Shown: in pieces, positions 50,570-62,605 of the stretch
Position numbering within the stretch: the first letter of the stretch is position 1
Layout: each line of letters starts with the position of its first letter
Program-made: the position numbers and the translations under genes
Origin: Vicugna vicugna
Lineage: Eukaryota
Assembly (NCBI GenBank): GCA_013265495.1
Contig: MU058052.1
Span: forward strand, 13,706 to 77,705
Direction of reading: 5' to 3'
DNA length: 64,000 nucleotides
Notes under the pieces: model-generated
What the model was told of the DNA's origin: nothing
The model's input: the letters and a program-made list of their open reading frames with translations, nothing else
Databases searched by the model: none

Positions 50570-53500
50570 ATTCTCTCAGCAACTGTTAGTCTGGCGTTCA
50601 GGGTGCTGATGATAGAATGATAAGCGGGGGTCCCCAGCCCTCCTGGAGTTTACAGTCTAAATCTGGTAAGGGAGATAGACATAAATCAAAGAATCACAAA
50701 AGTAACTGTACAGTTAACACTACGTTAAGTGCCAAGAATGAGAGACACAGGGATGGCAGATTGCCCCTGTCAGGGATATCCAGGACTGCTTTCCTGAGGA
50801 AGTGGATGTTGCTTTGAGATCTGAGAGAAGGGAGGTGCAAATGCCCTGTGGTGAGAGGGAAATTGTTGCCTTTGTACTTGTCTCTGGAAAGTTCTTTGTG
50901 GCCTAAGTGTGGAGTACAAAGGTGATACAGGTCCCTGAGAAGAGAGACAGGGAGCTGGCTGGACCTTACTGTGGGCACTTTGGGCTTCACCTGAAGAGCA
51001 GTGGTCAGCCCCTGGAAGGTTTTTAGCTGGTATGGTGGCTATTCACCTAAGTAGGCGGTATCCCTTTAGCTGTGGTGTATGCTCTGGCTTGCTCTCAGGA
51101 CCTCCTGGAGAGACTAAAGTGTGATGGGTCCTAAAACATTATCTATGCCTTTCCCAATCCTCTTTGGACCTTAGTTGCCCTTCTTACTCCAGTTGCATCA
51201 CTTATTAGCTGCAGGGGGCAGGAGGCAGTACCCATATTCTTTGGGGAATTTGTCTAGGCATACAGGCCTCTCGTAGAGCATACATTATAGCAGAAGCAGA
51301 CAGATGGCTGAGTTTTTAAAAAGTTAATGATACAGTGTCAGGTGATAGTAGGTGCTAGCTGTAAAAATAAGGCAGGCAGGGAAAATAAGGAATGTCAGGG
51401 TTAAATTATAAATGGGGTGATCAGGAAGCCCCACTGAGAAGGTGACATTTGGACAGAGACCTGGAGGAAGTGAGGGAGTGAGCCTTTGGCAGGAAAGAGC
51501 ATTCCAGACAGAAAGAATGGCGAGCCCTGATGGTGGGGGGTGGCCTGATGTTTTTGAGGGGCACAGAGGAGGCCAGTATGCCTGGGGCCCAAGAAGAGTG
51601 AAACTGACCCTTGAAGTCTCAGTGTTACTGGCTCATATTGGGGGCACTGACTACATTGTCTCCTGTTAGGTGGGTACTGCTATTGTCCTCATGTTACCAA
51701 AAAGGAACATGAAGTTTGAAGGGGTGAAGAGATTGGCCCATCCAGTTAACAGAGGCACTCTGCCCGACTCCAAGTGCACCCTCCGCCACTCTGCCCAGAT
51801 CCCTGACACTGCCCTCGCCCCACATTACTCATTCAGCCTCCTTGGGGCACTTGGCACCCCAGGTTCTTGACATTTACAGAAAGAGTAGGCTTCTGATCTT
51901 GGCTTCATAGGCCTCTGCTTCTACCAAAGGATTGGTACCATTTGGTTCCAGTCTCTTCCCAGTAGATGAGTGGACTACAGCTGTGTCACCTGGATTGCCT
52001 CGGGTGTCTGGACGGTGGTTCTTACTGTCCTGGGGAGATTGACCAGACTGGCCTTGGAAAGCCTTTCGAAAGGTCAGCGGGTGGAAAAAGCCCTGTCATG
52101 TGTCCCCAAAACCTGGAAAGTGCCCGGGAGACGGGGGTCTGGATAAATGCTAGCCTGGAACATTCCAACTCTCTCTGGAACAACCAACTTCTCTCAAAAA
52201 TACTTCTCACCAGTGTTTTAGTGTAAAAGGGTTTAGCTGGAAATATTTCCCCTGCTTGTCTCTGGAAGGTTTGGGTGGTACTGGCAGGGCTGTGCAGACA
52301 TATTTCCCAGAGCATGAAGACCACCTTCTCACCCACCTGGGCTGGTCATGAGGTCCTAAGAGTGGGGCCCAGGGAGAATAAGGAGGACCCTTAACTATAC
52401 TTGGGGGTTAATTGCTGCTTTCTCTTTACTTCTCTGCAGAAAAGTTTCATGACTCAGCCTGTAACCCTTCTGGACACCTATACACACTGGCAACAGTAAG
52501 TCTCACCTGGCTGAAATTGTGGTGTATGGACATCCCAAGCTACCAGCTTGGAATCAACTAGGATGCACTCTGGGCTAAGATCTGTCCCCACAGCCCACTG
52601 TAGGTACTGTTACCACCTCCAGGAAGCCAGATCGCAGATACGGGTGTCTGGTAGTGGGAGAGGACACAGAGCTGTGATCAGTGTCTCTTAAGGACAGAAG
52701 CTTCTCTGCAGCTTACTATTCATTAAATCAATAAGCATTTGTTGATTGCCTGCTGAATGCCAGTCTCCGTTCTAAGTACAGAGCCATTGTCATGAGAGAG
52801 ACAGACATGTTCCTTCTTCCTTGGAGCTGACAGTGGAGTCTGGGAGGTAAGCATGCCTCAAAGGGTGAAACGCATGAGTGTAAAGTGACCACAGTAGTGA
52901 GGAGTGCGAAAGAGGTGCCTGGTGCCCAAACCACAGGAACAGATGAGCTTAGCCTCATCTGGGGGTTTAGGGGAGGCTTCCTTGAGGTGACCTTTGATCT
53001 GAGAGCTGCAGGGAGTAGGGGAGTGAACTAGGCAGTAGGTGTGGAGAGGCCGGTGGAGTCTACCTTGCAGAGGGAACTGTGGGTGCTGAGGCCTGTAGCC
53101 TCAGGCACGGTACAGATGAGGCTGGACAGTTGGCAGAGCCCACCCGGTGCAAGACCTGATCATCTATGGGGAGAGGTTACGTCTTTGCCCCAAGAGCAGT
53201 GGAGGCCACCGAAGGGTGAAGAGGACAGCGGTGCTGCACTCTGCAGCATGGCATGACTAGGCGGATAACATCATCCAGGCAAGAGCTGATGGGGCTTGAG
53301 ACAGGAGTAACAGAGGAGTAGACGGTAGATTCCAGGAATGGTAGAGGATGAGACCAGTGTCTGTGGGTGGTTTGGAAAGGCAATCTAGTGACTCCCAGTG
53401 TCTGGCTTGTACACTTGAAAGGAAGAAACCTAATTTGAAAGGAAAGATTTCAAGGACATGTTGGATGTGGAATGCCCGTGAAACCTGTAAAACAAGGAAA

Positions 53501-54990
53501 GGGGAGTGATCCAAGGGTGTATCAACAGAGGAATGGTTTGAGAATGAAAGAGGGGATAATTGTTTTCTCCATGAACTGACCTGACCACAGCCAGCTCGGG
53601 GAGTGAAGGACCTGCAGTCGTGTCCCATGAGGAGGGATAGTAAATCCTGAGTTGTCAGGATGGAAAAGAAATGGCAAAGGGGCAAGTGAGGGACCACGGT
53701 TTGCACATCTTTGAGGACAAAGGGAGTGGAATGTTCTCTGGGCCTGAGAGACTGAAGTGGGACCCATGCGTATCTATCTTTAGGAAGGCAGGTTTCAGCT
53801 TCTGAGCGTAAGCAGTTTGTCATGAGAGCGCTCCAAAAATGATGAGACTACAGTGGAGCAGTGAGTTCCCTGTCATCAGAGGTGTGTAAACAAAGGCAGG
53901 CAATGGTGTGAAAGGGACCCCAGCTTCCAGGGGAGAGCCCTGGCAGTCCTCAGGGCTTAGCTCTCCTCTGCTGCTGAGGGAGCACAGGGCACACCCCCAC
54001 TTCCTCTTCCAGACCCTCTCCATCTTGCCTAGGTGTCTGGGGGTTTGCACAGCACTTCCTTCCCCAGAGAACTGCTTCAGTGAGCCGCACCACATGCCCT
54101 TCCCTGCCCCTGGCCCCTTCTATGGGACAAGGACCATACACCCACCAGAGCCAACCTAGCCTCATCGTTTCTGGCCTAGTAGTTCAAACCGAGCAACAAG
54201 CTATAGGACCCTGGACAAACTTGGCCTCCCCAAGTCTGTCTTCATCTGTTAAATGAGGATAATAATAGTACCGAGAGTGCTAAACCTGGGCATTGGAGAT
54301 ATGTCCCCCCCCCAGTATATTGAGCACCTACTGTGAGCTAGGACTGTTCTAGATATAGCAGGGAACAAACCAGAGAAAAATCTCTGCCTTTGTCAAACTT
54401 ACATTCTGTTGGGAGGAGAGAGGCAGAAAGAACTGATAGGCGTAATAAATGAAACCTGTATTTGCAGAAGATTCCCAACAGGTGGCCTTTCTGGAAACAA
54501 GGGACTGAGCAGCACATCCCAAACTGTGGCAGGCCAACGTCTGTCCCAGCTGGAGAACATGGGTCAGACAGAGACTCCCTTGGGGTTGGGAAGCTGGGGT
54601 CAGAGAAGATGATACATGAAAGTCCTGGCAACCCAGCCACCTGGGTGCTTATCCTGCACAGAGCCATAGACTTACTCTTTCACCCTGGGCAAGTCACTTA
54701 GCTGTGAGACTCGTGCTGTGCACTTGAGGGGCTGTAGTGAGCAGAGAAGGTTCCTTCCAGCCCCCCTGGAGCCTGGCTGTGTAGTGGGGGCATCGAGCAG
54801 GAAGTAGATAAAATACCAGGAGGGAGAAAAACGCTCTGAAGAAAGTGAAACAGGATGGTGTGGCAGAGATGTCTTGGGGAGGGGAAGGTGATCAGGGAGG
54901 GCCTCTTGGAGGAGGCTGTAATGGAGTTGAGGCCTGAAGACAAGAGGGACCTGGGCAGACTCTTCCAGAAAGAGGATACTGTGGGTGCCA
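50570..54990 (-). mobile_element. Several L2/MIR remnants in TCOF1 introns 1-2 (approx. 50570-51030, 51310-51600, 52720-53470, 54230-54440, 54800-54990)
   Basis: Reverse L2 signatures such as cattaaatcaataagcatttgttgattgcctgct, ggaggcttccttgaggtgacctttgatctgag and tattgagcacctactgtg. Boundaries are approximate. Confidence 0.65.
52440..52495 (+). pseudogene. TCOF1: TCOF1 exon 2 homolog (56 bp)
   Basis: ttctctgcAG|AAAAGTTTCATGACTCAGCCTGTAACCCTTCTGGACACCTATACACACTGGCAACA|GTAAGT translates [18 protein letters not shown] (human KCFLAQPVTLLDIYTHWQQ). Both splice sites are intact. Confidence 0.95.
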
Positions 54991-55314
54991 CAAGTTCTAC
55001 CGGGAGGAGCCCCATGGTTGTGTCAGGTGTCTGCAGTGCCAGCCTTAACTGCTCAGTGATGGTTAGCTGCTGGTGTTACGTGTTTTCCATCTTTCCCGAT
55101 TATTTTGAAGATTAAAAGACAATTGTAAAAACACGAGAAATGAGTGAAAATACAGAACGCAAAATTGTATCTACACTGTCTTTCATCGCTGTTTAAACTC
55201 TTATTTTGCGTGTTTCCTTTTGGGTCAGAGAGGATGTGGGAAAATCTTCCTTTTCAACTCTCCTGGGTTGTCCTGGTCACGCGGTTAGGATAGCCAGTCA
55301 CGCTTGTCTTGCAG

Positions 55315-55454
55315 CACCTCGGAGGTTGGCCAGAAGTGGAAGGCGGAGGAAGATGTAGCGCTGTAGGCCAAGAAGACCCGTGTGTCAGACCCCATTAGCA
55401 GCTGGGAGAGCTTGGAAGAGGAGGCGGCGGCAGAAGCTGAAACCGCCAAAGCCA
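55315..55454 (+). pseudogene. TCOF1: TCOF1 exon 3 homolog (140 bp) with premature stop
   Basis: ttgcAG|[52 protein letters not shown] (human [46 protein letters not shown]). TAG at 55364-55366. Confidence 0.95.
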
Positions 55455-55659
55455 GTAAGAGTCCTGCATGCTGTGGGTCCCCCATGGTTGGTGCTGGTGG
55501 GCTTGGACCAGGGCCCTGCCCCTTCTGGGAACAGGCTGTCAGATCACTTAGAGGCAGGTGTGAACCAGGCGATCACCCCAAGAGAACGCAGTCCTCAGTG
55601 GTTTAGGATGTGGGCATGGCTCAGAGAGTTGCTGGCATTATGAGCCTGGCTTGGGAGGA

Positions 55660-56300
55660 GACAGAGACAGGGCGGTGGCAGCCGCAGCGAATCTACCACT
55701 GGATCCGAGGAGACCGCTGCAGTGCTTCGGAGGGCCAGCAGGGGGAAGCACTGCCGCCTCCGGCCTGGCAGCAGGGGGCGCAGGCGCAGAGTGAGGCTCC
55801 AGTGCGCAGGCTCGCGGGAGCCTCCAGGATTGGATGGCACCGATCCCGCAGGTCCGGTGGGCCTGAGAACCCAACTCGCGAGGTGGGCGGTTGGCAGGTG
55901 GGGCGGTTCGGGCGAGGCTGGGTGCGGCAGGGCCAGGTGAGGAGAGATACTGGGGGCTGGGGCGGGGAGTTGAGGGGCGTCCGTGCCGGGGTGTGAGAGG
56001 GCAGAGTTGGGCCCACCTAATGGTCTTGAGAGGCAGATGCCGCTGATGCCCAGGGGCTGAAGGTGTAAGGTGTGGGCTGTGGCCCCAGCCACAGACAGGC
56101 CCCCTGGGCAGGTTTCGGGTGGGCCCTGGGCAGGGTGAGGCCAGAGCGCGCCGCAGCCTCCGGCGGAGACAGCCAGGGCGGCGTGGTGCCGCGCCTTGCT
56201 GCCACACGTGTTGTGGGTGCTGTGCGCGACAGGTTTGGGACAGGGAGCGCTTTGGCTCTGTGGTAAAGAAAGACCTTGAACTCTCGCTGAAGCGCGTGGA
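55660..56300 (+). promoter_or_regulatory. Second CpG island / promoter-like element of unidentified origin
   Basis: CpG-rich. CTCF-like ggccagcagggggaagca (55733-55750) and tggcagcagggggcgca (55766-55782), NRF1-like gcgcaggcgca (55778-55788), donor-like CAG|GTGAGG (GT at 55937). Orientation is inferred from the donor motifs only. Confidence 0.6.
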
Positions 56301-56524
56301 ACTGCTGTGATTGGTAAGAAGCCATAGTCGGGTGCTAGCTCACCGGTCCCTGCTTCCTGGGCTGAGGAGGTTTGGGGGCCAGGAGCTCCATTCTCACTCA
56401 AGGACCAGTGAGGGTTTGTTGCCGAATCCAAACTCGTTCTGCTTGCCGCACGACAGGCCAGTAAAAACAAAGGTTATTCTCTACTACAGGACGAGTGGCC
56501 CAGAGAGAAACAGGGCATTAATTC

Positions 56525-57760
56525 ATGATTAATTCCACAGCTATTTTTAAACACCTCCTGTGTACCAGGACTGTTCTAGAAGCTGAAAATACCTACCAAC
56601 AAGATAGGCAAGGTCCCTCCTTCAGGGACTTACATTCCAGGTGGGAGAGAGCCAGTCAAGGCTGAGTTCTGGGGTTTTGCCTTGCTGTTTAATGAGATGG
56701 GGAAAACTGTAGGTGAGTTAGGTTTCATTTTTGGAATAGGTGGAGTCGAGAATTATGTCTTGGGTATCTTAGGTTTGAGATGCCTAGTAGGTTTTTTCCA
56801 AGATGCAACACATGAACAATATAGTTAGAAAGAATTTTATAGGGAACTCCATACACCCACCACCTAGACCCTACCATTAATATTTAGTTGCACTGGTTTT
56901 TTCACAGATCTATGCATCTCTCAATCCCTCTCTCCATCTGTCAATCGCTTGGTGGATTTATTTATTTATTTAGTGGTAAAATGTACATAAGTCACCTAGT
57001 AGATTTTTAAGTTGAGACATCAAACAGGCCATTGGAAATTTGAAGGTGAAGTCCTGGAGGGTGTTAGGGCTAGAACTGGCCTTTGGAGTGGTCACCATAT
57101 AGGTGGTATTTAAACTAAGGGACTGGGTGAAACTACCTAGGTGGAAAGTAGACAGAGAAAAGAGAAAGGGAAGCTAAAAAGAGAGGGAGCTGGTGGTCAG
57201 CCATGGTGAGTGCTACCGTGCAAGATGGTTTGGCAATTAGGAGGATTTTAATCATTTTAACAAGAACAACTTTAGTGCAATAGATGGGGCCTTAAGGTCA
57301 AGTGGAATTTTGTTTTTAAGACAAGAGAAATTCAGAATATGCTTATATGCCAGTGGGATTGAACTCATAGAAAGGGAGAAATATTTGAATAACTGAGGGG
57401 AGGAAACTCCAGAGCAGGTGAGTAGTTGGCTTTAAAATGGGCAGGAAATGATACTGCATTGTGACTAGAGGGGAAGCCGAAAAAAACGGGTGCAGGTAGG
57501 TGGAAGAGGCCCCATCTGTCTGTGAAGGTGGTCACTGGCTGAGAGTTAGGGCAGCAGGGGAGCAGGGAAGAGATCTGTTAGAACAGGGAGGAAACACATG
57601 TAAGGGTCCCTCTGAAGAGTGGGAAAGTGAACTCACTAGGGAAATGGAGTTGGTTTGCTAGGCAGTACTGAGTGCCCGTTTGAGATGTGGAGTCGTGAAC
57701 GTAAAATGAGATCATCCCAGTGGGGTTGTGGTTTCCAGTGGGGAAGTTCAGGCTTGGAAG
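56525..57760 (-). mobile_element. L2 remnants with an old L1 fragment (~56790-56990)
   Basis: tatttttaaacacctcctgtgtaccaggactgttctag..., ggtttgagatgcctagtag, aggtggtatttaaactaagggactgggtga. Confidence 0.55.
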
Positions 57761-58309
57761 GTTGTTGTGAAGTTTAGTAGATGAGGTAATACATAGAAAC
57801 ATTTAACACAATAGCAAGCACGTAATGGATGTTACCTGTTTTTGAATTCTCATTTTGTTTCTCTTTTGTTTTTACAAATGTGCCTGGGGAAGGCTGACCT
57901 TTACCACCGGACAGTATTGTCTCCTGTGACATGTTTTCCAGTCAAACCAAAGTCCACCGCAGTTTGCAGCTACTTGGAGGTCTGGCTCCTGGTGTGGTTA
58001 CATTTATACAGCTTCATAATTGAGTATGTGTGCTAAAAAGTGCCAAACTGTAGCAACCATAGCAAACAGAGCTTTCCATTTTCATACTGACTCCTAGTCT
58101 TGGACTGGATCGGCTGGGGGTTTGTCACAGTGGCAGTTCTTAAGTTTCGTTTATCTTTTATTCCTGCAGCTCATATTGGATCTGATGAAATGGGAATCTA
58201 CAGGATCTACAGATATGAGGTAGTCAGGGGAGAGTTGCAGTTTCATGGACTGTTATTTCTCCCTGACCCCTTCGGGCTGTAGTATGATGCAAATAACATC
58301 TGACAGGTC

Positions 58310-58745
58310 TTCAAAGTGCCAGGCACTGTTGTAAATACATCACATGCATAATCTCGTTTAATTGTCACCTCAACGCAGTGAGTCAGGTACTATTGTTATG
58401 TCTATTTTTCAGATGCAAAAATAGGCTCAGAGGGCTTAAGTAACTTGCCCAAGGTACAGAGTCTGATCTCCAGTTTCTCCTGCAGACATCAACTTTTTTT
58501 TTTTAAGATGTTGACCATTAATCATCTACATTGTAGTAGAGTAAATAAGATAATGGACTGGAGCAAATTGCCTGGGTTCAGAAACTGCCACCTACTAGCT
58601 ACATGTCCTTGGGTAAATTATTTATCCTCCATGTGCCTTTGTTTCTTTATCCATGAAATAGGAATAACAGTACCTGCATGATAGGGTTCTTACGAAGATC
58701 ACATGAGTTAATGTACTTAATAAGCCTAAATTTGTGCCTGGTTGT
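58310..58745. mobile_element. Two MIR remnants (58310-58460 minus; 58555-58745 plus)
   Basis: ggctcagagggcttaagtaacttgcccaaggt; cctgggttcagaaactgccacctactagct...tgcctttgtttctttatccatgaaataggaataacagtacct. Confidence 0.7.
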
Positions 58746-59334
58746 TTAAATGCTGCTCTTGTCATCTGCCTGGTACTGCAGCCATGGTGATATGTGTACT
58801 GATTGACTCCCCTAAAATCATTTTCTGTGGGTCCTACTGCGGAGTCTAGGTGGAGTTTCGACGTGCTTCTAACTCAGGCATTATCTCTGTTTCCTCTGAT
58901 TTTATTAGCTCTCTGATGGAAGCAAACCTACCAGTGCTTCTAGGTCCAGAAAACAACTTGAATTTCATTCAGTTTCATCTGACCAGTGATGTTCATTTAA
59001 CTTGTCCTGGGATTGGAGTATGGCTTAAAGGGAAATGAGCCTTGGAGAGTAATATGCTTCCGTTTTGCCCTTCCCAGGCAGCCTGTTAGAGGGATTTGGT
59101 TGGAAAGGCCAATGGACCACATAGCCAGTTCTGGGCACAGTGTATGGTAAATGATGTGGGTCAAGGGGCTGCACGTGAACATGATCAACAATGATCTGTA
59201 AAATTGAAACTTACTGTGATGTGTTGCTTCCATTAGTGATTAAAAGCAACTGGTCAGGCTTGGCATGGGAGGCCAGTGAAAGTTCTAGACGATGTTTTCT
59301 GGTAGACAACAGGGAGAGTAAATGCATGGTATAA

Positions 59335-60285
59335 AGTAGTGGTTCCCAGTGGGTTTGCGTCAGGATAATCTGGAGAGTTTCGTGAAGCTTTGCAAAATGA
59401 TAGGCTTCACCTCCACAGATTCTCAGTAAGTCATGATGGGGTTCTGGATTCAATCTATTTTTTAAGAGCTCCCAGAATGCCTCGGATGTACACTTAGCAT
59501 GGGATATCATTAGTGCAAATCAGTGCTATTCAGTCCTGTTTTTTAAAATCACTGTTCATTTGGATTTTTAAAAATTACTGATGCCCTGGATTCACCCCAG
59601 GGATTCTGATTCAAGTGGTTTGGGCAAGGTCTGGACATTTAATAATGGTATTTTTGAAAAAGGTTCTTAGGTGATTAACCTGCAGTCACGTTTGAGAATC
59701 ACTGGTATAAATAATCAGCTAGATTTCCCTTCACAGTTTAGTTATTCCTAGATTTGAAATAGATACAGCTTTAGGCACTATCTTGTTAGGAGAGTGAAAA
59801 AATTACTGTTTCTAAACTCCTCCATTGCAGATGTTCAATTTAATAATCAAGTAACAAAGAAAGATATGAATTGAGGACTGAATCAGCATTTATCACTGAG
59901 CAATGAAGATTTCATGAGGTTTTCCCTGGGAGGAATTAACATTTACTGAGAACTTTATGTGTAATCTCAATCTTAACAACAACTCTAGGAGGTGTTTATT
60001 ATTCCCATTTTGCAGATAAGAACTTTGGGGCTTAGGGAGGTTAAGTAACTTGCCCAAGATGTACACCCAAGTATGTACAGCTCCGAAGTCTGGGTTTCAT
60101 TTCCTTAGTGATTCTCAACCTCTGCTGCATGGTTGGATCACCTGGGGAACTTTAATGATAGATCCTTGGCTCGCATTCTCAAGAGATTCTGATTTCATTG
60201 ATTTAGTGTGGCCTGGAACTGGGATTTTGCAAAGCCCTACAGATGATTCTAATCTGGAATCTGAAATTGGCGATCTCTGCATTAT
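59335..60285. mobile_element. Cluster of MER5-like hAT remnants plus a MIR (59935-60100)
   Basis: ccacagattctcagtaag...aagagctcccagaatg; ccccagggattctgattc...ttgagaatcactg; gattctcaacct...agagattctgatttcattgattt. Confidence 0.6.
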
Positions 60286-62605
60286 ACCATGCAACCTTCT
60301 GGGGGGGGTGTTCCTAAATTTATTTATGTGTTTAATTTATGCCAGTTTAATTTTATGGTTGTCCCTCTGTAGAGTGATGTGATGCAGTTGTTTGCCTCCA
60401 TATATTCACATATCTTAGAGTCCTTTCTGCTCCTTCTTGCCTCTTAATATGTATTGAGTGCCTGGTTTTTGCCATTTTTCTTAGTGCTGAGATGACACAG
60501 TGGTGACAAGACAAACCAAGTCACCAGCCTTGTGGTACTTACATTGAGGAATATACACAGTAAATGTATGAGCAGATAAATTTTGACTTACATACATAAG
60601 CAAACTTTAAGGTAATGAAAGGTGCTTTTAAGAAAAGTAAAATGGGGACGAGGCCAAGATGGCAGAGTAGTAGGATGCACGTAGCTCACGCTCTCCCACA
60701 GATACACCAAGACTCACATCCGTGGACCCACTCAGCCAACCAGAGCACCTGCGGAACTCTGACAGAACATTGTCCTCTCCGACAGAACAAAGACGCCAAA
60801 AATCTGGTAGGAGAAAGGAAGAAAGGAAGACAGAAAGGCAAAACAGTGCAGGACTGGTCCCGTGGGGAGGGAGCAGCAAAGGAGGACTGGCGCTCATTCG
60901 CTGGGTCTCCCCCTCTCCAACAGAGAGGCCAGCAGGACAGAGGGGGAGTCTCCGAGGCTCGGATCTGTACGGAGCAGACTGACAGAACTAAGTTAAATGG
61001 GCACGGAGGGTCCCTGCAACACCCAGCTTGCGACCTGAGCCGGGAGCTGGGGGCTGGGACAGGCTGCCTGAGCCGGGTGGAGGATGGGGACAGCTGCACT
61101 GAGGCAGCCCCGGGGGACTGCAGGGTGCTGCACAGTGTGGATAAGTGGGTGCACAGGACAGAACAACCTGGGCCCTCCATAAAACACCATGGCTGATGTG
61201 CCCTGGGGGGAAGGGGAAGTGTGCATACCCCCATCTCTGAAAACCCACAGAAGGTTTTCAGCGAGGTAAGGCAGGGCTCAGGTGCAGCTGCCATATCCTC
61301 GGGCGCTTGGCACCCAGGTGGGGGCGGGGGCGAAACCTGAATCCATGCCTGGGGGTTCGGCACCCTCAAAGGCCAGTGACTTGTTTGCAGCCCAAGTCAG
61401 GATCCTTCCGCCCTGGTGCCTCGGAAAGTTCGCACCACCAGAACAAACAAGGAGCTGAGTTTGGGCACGGAGCACGGGCAGAGCTGTTCTGCGGTCTTTT
61501 CGGGGCCCGCCTGTGGAGCGCCAACCTGGGGCAGAGCGCAAGGCGGCGCAGAGCTGCAGAGTGACCAGCGCCGGGAGACGGCGTGTGGACCCTAGCCTTT
61601 CCGGCAGGAACGCTGTGCTGGGAGGGGGCACAATTTGCTTGCCAACAGGCACTGGGAGCAGCACAGACGAGGGCACCAAATGAGGACCTCTGGAGACAGC
61701 AAGCCAAGCTCACCAAACAGGGCGAAGACAGAAAGACTTATCATTAAGAGCACAGTCTCCAGGAGAACACTCCCTCCCCCCCCTTTTTTTTTTGAATCTG
61801 TTTTTGCCTGTTGTGTTTTCTATTACCTTTTTAATTTTTACTTTTTTGACAATTATGTATCCTCCCAGTTTTAATCCCTTTTAAATTTTTCTTTTAAAAT
61901 AATATTATTTTTAAAAATTCACATCATCATTTTTATTTCTCTTGGTTTTGATCTCGTGTTATTGTTTATACACAGGTTTCAAATATATTTTTTCCTCTTT
62001 TATTTTAAAGCTTTTTAAGAGCTGTCTCAGCCCGATTGCTATTCTGCTTTGACTTACTCTTCAATTATTCATTATCCACTGTTTTCAAACCTTTTTTCCT
62101 CCCCTTTTTCAAAATTCGCTCTTTATCATATCTTTTTTTATCTGTTCTATTTTTATTACCTTTTTAATTTCTACTTTCTAAACAATTGTATATGTTTCTA
62201 GTTTTAATTCCTTTTAAATTTGTCTCTTAAAGTAGTTATTATCATTTTTTTTAAATCCACCTGATTTCATTTTCTTTTCTTTTGGTTTTGGTCTCCTTTT
62301 ATAGATTATAAATCGGTTTCAAATATCATTTTTGGATCTTTTTTCCTTTTTTTTTTTTTGTTTAAGGGTTTTTTAAAAAAGACATCTCAAGATGAATGCT
62401 AGTCTGATGCAAATTGCGCTTCTATAATTGGTTATACACTGTTTTCAAACCTTTTTTTCTCCGTTCTTTTAAAATTCTCTTTCTCTCTCTCTCCTTTTTT
62501 TATTTTTTAAGTTTTACTCCTACATAGGCATTAGATAAATAAATAAACTCTTTTAAGGACCACAATAGATAACTGATACTCCATAAGCCACAAGGCCAGA
62601 GAGAG

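Noticed and set aside
55595..56470. 291-aa minus ORF and overlapping ORFs
   Set aside because: Stop-poor GC-rich CpG island; low-complexity Pro/Ala/Gly content with no recognisable domain.
60615..61716. Long ORFs on both strands (193 aa +, 227 aa -), ORF0-like idea
   Set aside because: They lie in the GC-rich L1 5' UTR with no homology evidence; ORF0 is described in primate L1.
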